Below, in pieces: positions 52,987 through 64,000 of a stretch of 64,000 nucleotides of DNA. Every line of letters begins with the position of its first letter. The first letter of the stretch is position 1. Under the pieces are notes generated by a model that did not search any database, had not been told where the DNA came from, and was given only the letters and a program-made list of their open reading frames with translations. This DNA is from Camelus dromedarius. Lineage: Eukaryota. The DNA lies in assembly GCF_036321535.1 (NCBI RefSeq), contig NC_087436.1, forward strand, positions 69,628,001-69,692,000, written 5' to 3'. The position numbers and the translations under genes are program-made.

Positions 52987-55900
52987 TGCTAGATGATACA
53001 AAAGATCACACAATGATACAAAGATGAAGATGGTGTGGGTCCTGCTTGTAATCAGATCGTAAATGTGGAAGGACACAAGACTACACTTTGCCATGTAAGT
53101 AATTTTATCCCTCTATAATTTCATCCTTCCTACTCTCCTATACCATGTCCTGTCTACTGGATAAACCCTGTTTAATACCTGAAACAAAGAATCATTTGAT
53201 TTCATCAGAACCTAGGACCTTTCTATGATCCTGTCAGTTTTTCAATGCCTCTAAACTCCTTATATCTAAATGCCCCTCCTTTCCCACTTTGAAAAATCAC
53301 TATCATCATTTTTATGTATATTCTCAAATCCCCTGCCTGTCTCTGATTTTACTGTCTTACCTAAATCATATCTCAGGTTAATCCAAATTCTGCCTTCTGC
53401 CCCTCTGAATGTAGCTGCAAAAAAAATATTCATCTATGGCAATTGTTTTCACTATAGCCTGAAGTCCAGCAGTGACATTACACATCCACTCCAATTTTCC
53501 TAAACCATTTTTAATATTCAAAGCAATAATATTTCTACCTAGTTTTTCCATTGGTTTCCTGTCACTCCCAGATAAAAATCCAAAAGTCATGAAAATTATC
53601 TTAAAATATCTTACATCATCAGGCCCCCTGCTGCCTCTTTGACCTCATGTTCTATGTAATCTCCGTCTACTTCCCGCCCTTGTCCTTCTGCCTGTTACTA
53701 CTTGAGCACGTTAGGTGATCTGCCACCTGAGAGCTCCCCGCTAGCCACTCCCTCAGTCTGGAATTCTTTCCCCAGAGACATGCATGTACCATTCCCCACT
53801 CTTCTCTTAATTCTCTACTTACCTCTTCTGGGAGGCTGTTTCTGCTCATGTTACCCAACGCTCTTCTTGACACTTCCCACCCCACCTCCTTTACTTATTT
53901 TCTTCTTTGCATGTAATATAATGTAAATACTATACATTTTGCTTTTGTCATGATTTTTTTGGCTGTCTCCAGTTGTTTGCATTTCTATAACCCTGTAAAC
54001 TTATAAACCTGTACCCTTTAAAAGGATGTAAGTTTCATGAGGGGTATATCTCAAGAGCATGGAATAATACATCTAGTTAAGGTCACTTTGGGTAGTTTAT
54101 GTAATAAAAATAAATCATTTATTTAAATAATTTAAGTAACTGTTGACTGAGGAAAGGAATGAATTAGCATGTGATTGACTACAATACAGCATCAATGTAA
54201 ACACTCTTTTAATGAACACACAAAATAAGCAATGACTAGACCTACCTGAAGCTTGAAGGATATTGTCACAGAAATGTTCAAATTTCAACTTTTTCTTGGA
54301 AAATACATAGGTGTTGGTTAGAGAATATGAAGAGAGGACATTGTCAGAAGGCATACAAGAAAGTTGAGAAGACATGGAATTATGAAATGGAAGAGTTATA
54401 GATGATGCATAAGCAGAGGCAAGAAGTAAAGCTGGAAATATTTCCAAAGAAAGATGTGGAATGGTCTTGGACATTGTGTTAAGACCTTGGATATTATTCC
54501 ATAGATAATATGAAGCCATAAAGATATTATTTGCAAGGTATACCTCTCCAGAAACTTTTCTGGGTTCCTGAAACTTGTTTTACATTTGCAGCCCTGCCAC
54601 TTAGCATCTCTTTGAAACCTGTTAAACATTTTATCTCTTTACGCTGAATTTTCTCCTCTGTAAAATGAGAATAGTGTTGTTGGCCCTGCGAGAATTTTTG
54701 TGGAGATTAAATACTGAAATATATGTTAAGTAAATTAGGGACTGCAGGGCACACAGAATGCCAACAGGGGGAGCTATTCCTATCACCCTTCCACAAACAA
54801 CAAATTTTCCTCTAAAGCATTTGTCGTAGAACCAGCTTCTGCCTAAAACACTCCCCAAATGGGACCCTCTCCACTAAAAACCTACCTGACTTTGGAACTT
54901 TGTTTCTGTTTAATTATAATTTTAGTAATATAATTTAAATCCCAGTTTTAGAAAGTTCTACAGGTCTTCCTAATATTTGGCCAAAATGATTTACAGTAGC
55001 ACATGTCTGTAATATTAATTTTGCCAAACCATTTATTCATTTAATAATTATTCTCAGGCAATTTTAAACATCAATTGGTTTTTTAAAGATCCAGTGGCTT
55101 TCCCTCTGTACAAACTGAAGCTCTTAAGGAAAGGTTATGACTCTTGTGATTTCAAGAACTCTACAGTAGTAGGATCAAGTCTTCATACTAGGATCAAAGT
55201 AATAACAAAGATGCAGTGGGGGCATTTATTAAGCTGTCACTCATGACAGGCACTACCCAAAGTGCTTTACATAGTTCTGTCAGTAAGTGGCACTCAAACG
55301 GATTCAGCATCCTGCCAAGGGCGACAGATTTCAGTACATAGGACCGTGGGAGTTCACTTTCGTCTCTCTGACTCTGAAGACCACTTATGGGAAACAGTAT
55401 GGACAATTGATATACATATCTTGATAATTCAGCAATTGTCTTCTTTCCTTCTTACTGGCAAATATATTCTTACAGTTTAAAACCTTTTTGTCTGAATTCT
55501 GAATTTATTATATGATTTCTATATTCTAGTCCACTTTATGAGTGTAGTCACAATTTTAGTGAATTTTACATAATGAACAGTTCTGTAGTTCAGTCTGTTT
55601 GGTATCAGTTGACCTAATCTGTCTTAGAGATATTGTTTAATTGGGCGGGGGCGGGGGGGGATTATTGTTAATTTCTTTGAACCTATGGAATCACATTAAG
55701 AAAATCCCTTATTACTTTACCCCCACTCTGGTAAGTCTACTTCTCCCAACACCCCAAAATAAAAGATAGCTGTATAAGAAAAGGAATCAAAGAAAATAGT
55801 TTTAACAAGTGAATTTAAAGAAATTTTGTAGGCCAGCAGTTATATCACAAATATTAAGCATTTATTAGACTAACATAAACACAGTAGTAGAAATTGAAGT

Positions 55901-56499
55901 GATCCTTTATTGGACTTCAAGTTTCCTTTTATGTGTTTACTCGTGTATTATTTCACTTGCAGACTCTGCATTTCATGATAATTGCTTTCCTAATTAATAT
56001 TTGATGAGATGGTCACAACTGTTAACTGTTAAGCTCTTTTCACTGTTGTTTTCAAGTAACAGAAACTTTTTTTTTCTTTCTAAAAGAAATAAATGTGAGG
56101 CATAATTCTATCTGTATTTTTCATACTGACAGGCTAAGCTAGATAACCATTTCTTTAAATATTTTGTCTTCCTACTTTGAGTTATACTGAAGCAACTTTA
56201 TGTGAGAGCTTCTTTGAGGTCAACTAATTCTAATTTATTTCATCCTATTTCATATCTTACAAATATATGGTCCACAACCTCAGCAGGGTTCTTTTGAACT
56301 ACTTATTCTAACAATTCCGATTTGTTCCCAGTTCCAGTTGCCACAGTACGTATCCTAAACCTTCCCCAAGGTCCTCATGTTTACTAACTGAGTCCAGAGA
56401 GGCCATAAGCGAACTCCTAATGTCACTTAATAAAAGCAGGTAGGCACTGGGGACATAAAGATTATAATGCCTCCATTAGTGGTGTCATCAATGACCTTC

Positions 56500-56860
56500 A
56501 TCAATAAAAATTTATTGAGTGACTATTTATTGAGTGCTTAGTTGTCAGTTATTGTCCTGGTTGCTGAAAACACAACAGAGAACAAGAGAGACACAGCCCT
56601 ACCTTCATGAAGCTTACATTAGGGTTGGGAGTGGGAAACAAGACATAAACAATGATACTTAGTATCTCAGGGAGTGACAGTGCTCTAAAGACGTAAAAGG
56701 AGGGGCAAGGTCACAGAGGCTATCTTAAATAGGAGCGTCAAGAACATATTCTATGGTAGAGTGACAATTAAGAAATGATCTACTTTGAGTGTAGGAGTGA
56801 GAATGGAGGAAGAAATTTCCAAGTTGAAGGAACAGCAAGTGTAAATTTATTGCAAAAGAA
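56500..56860. mobile_element. L2 LINE fragment
   Basis: tatttattgagtgctt...gtcctggttgctgaaaacacaacagagaacaagagagacacagccctaccttcatgaagcttacatt, L2 3' end-like. Confidence 0.55.
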
Positions 56861-58299
56861 ATATGTGTGTCATTTGGGGAATACCAAATACCTACCTACC
56901 TAGAGAAGATACCTACCTAGAGAAGAAGCAGAAAAAAAGAAAGAAGGCCAAGAGAAGGGGTGTGCAGGTTATTAAAGTTCTGTAGTTCAAGTTAAGGCTT
57001 TGGTTTGAGATGAAAACCTTTGAAGAGGATAAGATCTTTATCTGTGTTTTGGAAGAAGACAAGGGTGGAAACAAAAATACATTTACTTTGATCTTAGAGA
57101 AACCTCTAGGCCGTTGATTTTTCCATTTCCTTTTCTTTTCTCTGTTTTTAATTTTATTTCATTTTCTTAAATATGAAATCCAGTATTTTATATTTATCAC
57201 TTAGCACATCCTTGCAATATCTCAAATAATTCCTTTAAATCTAACACTTTAAGTAAACTTACCTGGTAAAATCTCAATCCTGGAAAGTCCTCAAACTTAC
57301 ACTGCTATCCTACCGAGGACACTCAATTGTACAGGAAAAAAAATAGTTTGTTTTTTTCCCATAGTGTAGAATTCAACACTGCTTACTAGGTCTTTTTTTT
57401 TTTTTCTTTCATTTTGGTTATATACTTTTCACCCTTTCCCTCAAATAAACTGTCCAAAAATGGCATTAGTTTTCTGAAACATCTAACTCATCTCACACAT
57501 CAGTCAATTCGAGAAAGTAGCCACCTATTTCATAGAAAAAAATTGAGTCCATTGAGCATTACTGCCTTTAACTGCCCGCCCGCACTCTTCTGTATATTGA
57601 TCTACGTCTGATTTCTAACTTTGTCCCTCTTAAAGTCTTAAAACTTCAAATGAAAGCTCACATTTTCCTAAGATGTTTGATCACTATTCTTTGGTTTTCA
57701 TCTTCTCCCTCATCCTTCAAGAATTTTTTAAAAATTAAGATGTTATTGCTAATGAAGATTATCATGATAAAAATAAAAATAATTCTTGACTTTTTTATTT
57801 GAACACTTTCTATTTGCAATGTGACTTACACCATTCGTGTTTAATCCAATCCCAGTGATTATTGTAACTATTCCTCAAGACAAAGTTGTAGTTGAAAGAG
57901 ACTAAGCAACATCAAGGTCATTGTAACATTTCTTCATGATGATTAAGCTTCCTTCTTGAAATTTCAGCCTCTTGGCTTTCACAATTTACAAATTGCCTAG
58001 AAATTCTCCTCTTTTCTGCTTTTCTTTACCTTCTATGAGACATTCATGGACTTCTGTATTTTCTGTTACACATAAACAGTTATTTAGGGATTCCGTCCTC
58101 GCCTCTCTTCTGATTCTTCAACTTTTTTCTATACGATCTCTTCAAATTTCGTATCTTTTATTACATGAATAGGCTGATTACTCCTAAATCTTCAGCTCCA
58201 GTCTGGATCTTTTTTATGTCCAATTTGGCATCACATATTCAACTCTCTCCTGGACTTTTCTATCTGCAATTTCCTTTATCCTTGTCTGTTTCACAAATC

Positions 58300-58893
58300 A
58301 CAAGTTGTCTAGGCTGCTATCATAAAATACAGTTGACCCTTGAACTACCTAAATTTGAACTGCTCTGGTCCACTTATACTCAGATTTTTTTTCAATAATA
58401 AATACAGTACTACACAACCTGGTTTGTTTGAATCCACAGATGCTCAGCTGTGGATACGGAGGGCTGACCATGAGAGTGAAGCATCCATGGATTCGGTGTC
58501 CTTGGTGGGTTCTAGGACCAATCCCCCAAAGTTACACAGGGATGACAGTACTGTAGGCTGGGTAGCTTGAACAGCTGACATTTATTTATCTAATTCTAGA
58601 GGCTGGGAAGTCCAAAACCAGAGTGCAGCATAGTTGGATTCTATTGTGTGGGCCCTCTTGCTGGCTTGCAGACAGCTGCCTTATTCCCAAATCTTCCCAT
58701 GGTGGAGAGAAAAAACTCTAGGCTCTCTTCTTCTTCTAATATGGGCACTAATCCCATATTAGAAGGGGTATCCACTCTATGACCTCATCTAAATCTAATT
58801 ACCTCCTAGGACTCCCACCTCTTAATAGAATATATTGGAGGATAGAGCTTCAACATTTGAATTGAGAGCAACAAAAACATTCAGTCCATAACA
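58300..58893 (-). mobile_element. MLT1 solo LTR interrupted by a Tigger element
   Basis: ggctgctatcataaaata [insert] ggctgggtagcttgaaca...ttctagaggctgggaagtccaaaacc...cactctatgacctcatctaaatctaattacctcc...aacattcagtccataaca. Confidence 0.75.
58330..58553 (+). mobile_element. Tigger2-like (TcMar) non-autonomous DNA transposon
   Basis: Starts cagttgacccttgaa...ggtccacttatac, ends ...actg; TA duplications at 58328-58329 and 58554-58555. Confidence 0.75.
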
Positions 58894-59870
58894 TAAGGGA
58901 AGCAACTTAGCAGGAGTAGGAGACTGTCACTTTGTATATTCCCAGTTCCCAGGAGGTTTTTGTTATCTAGTGGGCCTTCATATGTTGCTTTATATTTGTC
59001 AGTTGTGGTATTTTTCATTTTAATAGTTGACAGAGGAATTTTTTTTTTTTAGTTAAATAAACATCATGAATTTTGTAACAGTCTGTAGACCATGCTTTCA
59101 TTGAGGGAGAAATAAAGGAGAAAGAGGAGAATGAAGGAGAAGGAGGAGCAGAAGAAAGAGGAGATAAGAGGAACAGGAGGAGAAGTAAGATAAGGAGAGA
59201 AAATCCAGCATAAATATCACCATAAATACCATTCACAGGCTGCATCCTTATGCCACCAATTTAATGTGACACATGTGATACAGCAGGAGTGCTCATTTAT
59301 TTTTCCCTTGTAAATAAAAGACCTTGGCAGTTTCAAGAAGTATGGTTTTTGCTTATAGAGGGTTCATATCTGTTTTTCTTAATTATAAAATAGCAGCGCA
59401 TGTTCTGGTCCGTCAGTCTTTTAAAATGACCTACTGTTCCTGGAAGTGAAAACCACAAGTAACACAAGAAGGCCACTCCTGTGTTGAGTCCACTATTCTT
59501 GTTTCCTACTGTCATGCATAATCCCCACACTTCCTACCGTGTTGAAGTGGAAAATAATGGGTGGAATAATGCCTACATTTTGGTGTTCCAACTGAAATAT
59601 GTGTGAGTTAATTTTAATTGTAGATTTTAAATGTTTTAGCATCTATCCATTTTTATTAGCTGGCAGTTTGTGTTTGTTGCTGTTCCTGTTGGGCATGGCC
59701 TTTGGAGCATTATACTACTTTTTGGTCACTAGGCTATGAATATCATAGGTCTACCAGATGGTGCCTAGAAATGTTACTTAAATGAATCATGAAGACATAA
59801 ATGGTGAGAGAGAGTAAGCAGTAAGGCAGGAAGAGAAAAAGAATAGAGGAAGAAGCCAGAAAGAGAAAGA

Positions 59871-60236
59871 AAAATACCATATGAGATCATTCATATGTGG
59901 AATCTAAAAAACAAAAACAAAAACAAACAAACAAAAACAAAGCATAAATACAGGACAGAAATAGACTCACAGACAGAGAATACAGACTTTTGGTTGCCAG
60001 GGGGGTGGAGGGTGGGAAGGGATAGACTGGGATTTCAAAATTGTAGAATAGATAAACAAGATTACACTATATAGCACAGGGAAATATACACAAAATGTTA
60101 TGATAACTCACAGAGAAAAAAATGTGACAATGAGTGTGTATATGTCCATGAATGAAAAATTGTGCTGAACACTGGAATTTGACACAACATTGTAAAATGA
60201 TTATAAATCAATAAAAAATGTTAAAAAAAAAAAAAA
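59871..60236 (+). mobile_element. 5'-truncated LINE-1 3' end with poly(A) tail
   Basis: ccatatgagatcattcatatgtggaatctaaaa...gttgccagggggg...tatagcacagggaaatata...caacattgtaaaatgattataaatcaataaaaaatgttaaaaaaaaaaaa. Confidence 0.85.
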
Positions 60237-60642
60237 GAAAATCATTTGACGTTTTCAAAATAAATAAAGGGCCTATATTTAAAAATCAGGCTTATGTCAA
60301 TAATTTCTAAACCCTGTATATCTTTTTCCATCGAGAATATACTGGAGATTGGATTTGCTTTGCATTTGAGAAGACTTCATATATCTATGAGGCATAGAAA
60401 AAAATGAAAAAGAGCAAGAATTATTTAAAATAAGTTGGATTTTAATCCTTTATTTACTTTTATAAAGCATTTATATAATTTTATATGCCACCTAGAGTAT
60501 GACATTAATTTCTGGTGGGGATCTTCAAATATAGCATAGAAAATTCACCTAATAAACATTTCCTCAAACATCTGCTATAAAATGAAGCCTTAATTTCTAA
60601 GGGGTCCAATCTAGAGACAAATATACATTTATGAGTCTATTA

Positions 60643-60827
60643 TGTGGTTTCTCAAACTTTACAGTACACAAGTAATCACCTGGAGATATTACTAAAATGG
60701 CATTTCTTTTACACCTCCAAGATTCTGAATCAATGTGTTTGGAAAGAAGACTAATGAATTTGCAGTTCCAACAAGCTCTCAGGTGACAGTGATTTCGATG
60801 GTCTCACATACTGCATTTTGAGTAAGA
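60643..60827. mobile_element. MER5-like hAT-Charlie DNA transposon
   Basis: gtggtttctcaaacttt...aatcacctggag...gattctgaatca...aacaagctctcaggtga...ttttgagtaag. Confidence 0.7.
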
Positions 60828-61550
60828 GTATGATCATGTCAATACCTGGCTTCCATTGAGGAAAAAAATGAGACCCTAAAGATGCAAAGTAGGTAAATTC
60901 AATTTGAAACACAAGCATCTACTTACTATGAGTGATATAAATTACTGAGCTTCATGGTCATTTGGCTTTAAAAATAAGGATTATTATATCATACACTACT
61001 CATAAGATTACCAAATTTTTACAAATATTTGACTTTAAGACTTAAAATATTCCATGTCATAAAATAAAAGTACAATTTAATAATTCATAGGAAACATGTT
61101 TGAAATAATTGATGGCTCAAATTTATTATGCCAGTTACCACCATTTTAGAAAACAGGCAAGATTTTGATAAGATTATATTATTTTCAGTATAGATTTGTT
61201 TCAACTTGGACATGCATTTGTTGAAATAGGGAAGATGGTGTTCTAGAGAAATATTTTTACCATTTCCATTCACTTCTACACTTGGTTTATTCTAGCAAAT
61301 CTTCCCTTTATCTTATTCACAGATATGCAGACTAACAGTGGGATTAACTTTCGTAGGGTCCATTGGTTTCCTGATCACTGCTTCACAATCCTCTATTGTA
61401 AAATCACCGTTAAGTTTATTTTTAGTGTCTGCGGGGACAGATCTTGGGCAGTATTTTGAGTTCTATAATATGATCTCATAACTGACATGATTTATAAAAA
61501 CAAATGGAGGATTTTCATGTATTTAAGTACATAAGTCATCTAGCAAAGAA

Positions 61551-61613
61551 CATCCTTTCTTAAGGCCTCAGAATTTCAGCTTCTCTGACTGGTGAGTCTC
61601 ATCTTGGGAAAAG
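61551..61613 (+). other. Putative non-coding exon 1 of the statherin/histatherin-like gene
   Basis: Ends agtctcatcttgggaaaag|gtaat, resembling the 3' end of STATH/HTN exon 1 as I recall it; AT-rich TATA-like atttaagt near 61521. Start approximate. Confidence 0.6.
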
Positions 61614-63524
61614 GTAATATGTTCATGTACAATATAATATGATGTCTTTTTCTAATCTTTCACTTGCTAGGCTGAGTTGAAAACCACTTATAAAATGTAT
61701 ATTTTTATTGATAATTTTGCACACAGAAACAATTTAAAGAAATGATGACCCTATATCACAATCTGAAGGTAAGTTCAGGATGTCAATGCCTCTGAATTGA
61801 CAATAATTATTGTATAAAGTAAATGATGTGGATAATGGAGAAAATGTGCTCCATCTTTTCTGTTGGTGGGATCTCCTAGTAGCCTTTTCACTTTCCTGAC
61901 TCAATATGTGATATCTATATTGTTAATAATTACCTTGACCTAGACCTAAAGTTGAAGATTACATTTGAGAAGAAAATTCTCTCTTGAGTAACATAAACTC
62001 TTTTTGCAAGTGTGTGCATTATTTCAAAGGTTTAAGTAACCTTTTTCAAAGTTACTTTATTCCCGTAACTAATTCATATCCATTACTCCTTGATTGCCCT
62101 TCTCATCATTCAAAATAGGTTCCCGTTTCCTGCATAGTTAACACCATGTAACAGACTAGTTTATTTTAATAATTCATTTTATTTAACACATTTTTGTTTC
62201 CTCTGTGATTTGGCTGAAAAAAGCTTTTACTATTTCAAACTTCTATGACTGAGTTCTTTGGGAAGTATTTTCTCAGAGTCCTTCAATTTATCTGTCTGTC
62301 TGTCTATCTATCTATAGAATACTAGTTCCTGTGAATTTCTCTCAATCCTCTAAATAAAATTTCAAGTATAAACAATACTAATAGTTGCATTGTTTTTTTT
62401 TTGTATTATAACATGACTGAACAATTGTTTAACTAGAAGGTGATGAGAAACTTCACCAAGAAATACATAATTTTCATGGTTTATCTAATGCCAGTCCTGA
62501 ATTAAACCAATGAAGCAAAATCAGCAGATAAGGAGAGAGAGAAATACCACCAGTCCCCAGTTCCGATTCCTATGTTAGAGATGTAGTGCTTTTTAGCAGA
62601 AGAATAGTTACTTCTATCATTTGGGAAAAGATGTTGCTGTGATGTTCTGTAAAACCTGATGACTAAAAATTATTTAGAAAGAGTTTTTACCCATTATTTA
62701 CCTAATATTTTGGGAAGTATATTTATTTAGATATTTATAATTCAGAAGTAATCTGCTTTATTTCTTTTTCAACAACAACAGAACCAGGTTCACTGACAAA
62801 TACAGAATTATAAAAACATATCAGAGTCCCAAATTAGCTTAATTTTGTTCATAAAATTATTTGAAGATTATTTCAATTCAATTTTCAAAATAACTACAAA
62901 TATCTTTCCTGAAACCTCTTTTCAATTTGATTTTTCTCTACCTAGCATCCTTAATTTTGTAATGCCAGGGTTGCACCATCTATACAATTCTTAAGCCAGA
63001 AGCCTGGTTCATTTTCCTTATTCTAAAGCCAGTCTCTGTTGTTTGTCATTCTACCTTCTAAACATCTCTTAAGCTCTGCCTTAATCAGGATCCCTAATGT
63101 CATTTTGTAAGGCCCTTGTAATTTCACAGCAATCTAAGTGGTCATCCTGACCCCGGTTTTTGTCCTTCTTACAAAATAAACATTTTCACTTTCATGCTCC
63201 CTCATTTTCGTTTCTTTGCAGGAACTCTACATAACACAGGTCTTATCTTTTTATTCCCTTTAATACCTCCATTCTCTTAGTCTGTTTAAGAAGCCCATTT
63301 TCTGTGTGTTTATAGCACTTCAGTATTTCTGTATCACAACACTTACCTTTCCTTATCAAGGTTCCTAAGTTCCATGATGTCAGGTAATGTGTTTGAATTG
63401 TCTTTGAATTTCTAGTCAGTTTCCTAAGGCTTCAGAACACACTTAGATCAATAAAAGGTTTGTAAAGGCAGCAGTGAATGTACTATTGATTTCTCACATA
63501 TGCTTTCACAGGACTTTGCCAAAA

Positions 63525-63575
63525 ATGAAGATCCTCGTCTTTGCCTTTATTATGGCTCTCATGTTAGCCATGATT
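63525..63575 (+). CDS. STATH: Statherin/histatherin-like SCPP gene, signal-peptide exon 2 (63512-63575); the rest lies beyond the window
   Basis: cacag|gactttgccaaaaATG...ATT|gtaag encodes MKILVFAFIMALMLAMI: 17 codons, phase 0, the same design as casein exon 2, and like STATH/HSTN/HTN signal peptides. Syntenic position next to CSN2. STATH versus HSTN cannot be settled from this exon alone. Confidence 0.7.
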
Positions 63576-64000
63576 GTAAGTATGTCAGGAAATTTTGAAG
63601 AATATGTTCTCAGAAATTAGCGTGAGTCTCTCCTCTTATTTCTTGTGTTTTGGCCTACATGTGCATTTACCTGAACATGGCTTTATAAATTTTAATATTT
63701 TTATATGAACATTTTCCTTGAATTAAGCTACATAAGTACATTAAGGACTTAGAATAAATCTTGAATACACACATACACAAACACACTAAGCATACAGACA
63801 CAGAAGTGTAATTAACTTAATGTAAAGATTAAAAATTTTAAATAGCCCCATGAAGACATGAATCTAAGAGGCTAATAGAGACATTTAAATCTTAAAACTC
63901 TAGATTTACCAAATGTCAGGGATTACCTGTATTGTCATTAACTACTCTGCGTCATTAGGTAAAACTGACCTTTCTGAATTGCTTTCTTCCTCCTCCCTCT

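Noticed and set aside
56889..56926. Short tandem duplication tacctacctagagaaga x2
   Set aside because: Ordinary slippage duplication with no sign of function.
1..64000. CRISPR arrays, rRNA, tRNA or prokaryotic systems
   Set aside because: Mammalian intron-rich DNA; no repeat-spacer arrays or structured RNA genes recognised.

Overview
Mammalian genomic DNA: the 5' part of the casein (SCPP) cluster of a camelid, most likely Camelus, since the spliced proteins match the camel caseins as I recall them. It holds a complete 21-exon alpha-S1-casein gene (CSN1S1, + strand, ~18931-35415, 230 aa) and a complete 9-exon beta-casein gene (CSN2, - strand, ~42015-49832, 232 aa), arranged tail-to-tail. The first two exons of a statherin/histatherin-type gene follow on the + strand (from ~61550, truncated by the window end). 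Casein promoter elements (STAT5, Runx/Oct, TATA), a BCE-1-like beta-casein enhancer and the usual L1/L2/MIR/LTR/DNA-transposon relics are present. The most unexpected signal is a spliced, multi-exon, now-disabled gene for a secreted six-cysteine C-type lectin (REG4/lithostathine-like) at ~3.9-6.1 kb, about 13 kb upstream of CSN1S1 and invisible in the ORF track. Also notable are an intact-frame but donor-less fossil casein exon in CSN1S1 intron 7 and a 38-bp inverted repeat at an L1 junction. Exon coordinates were read by eye from AG/GT boundaries. Repeat family names come from pattern recognition, not from a database search.
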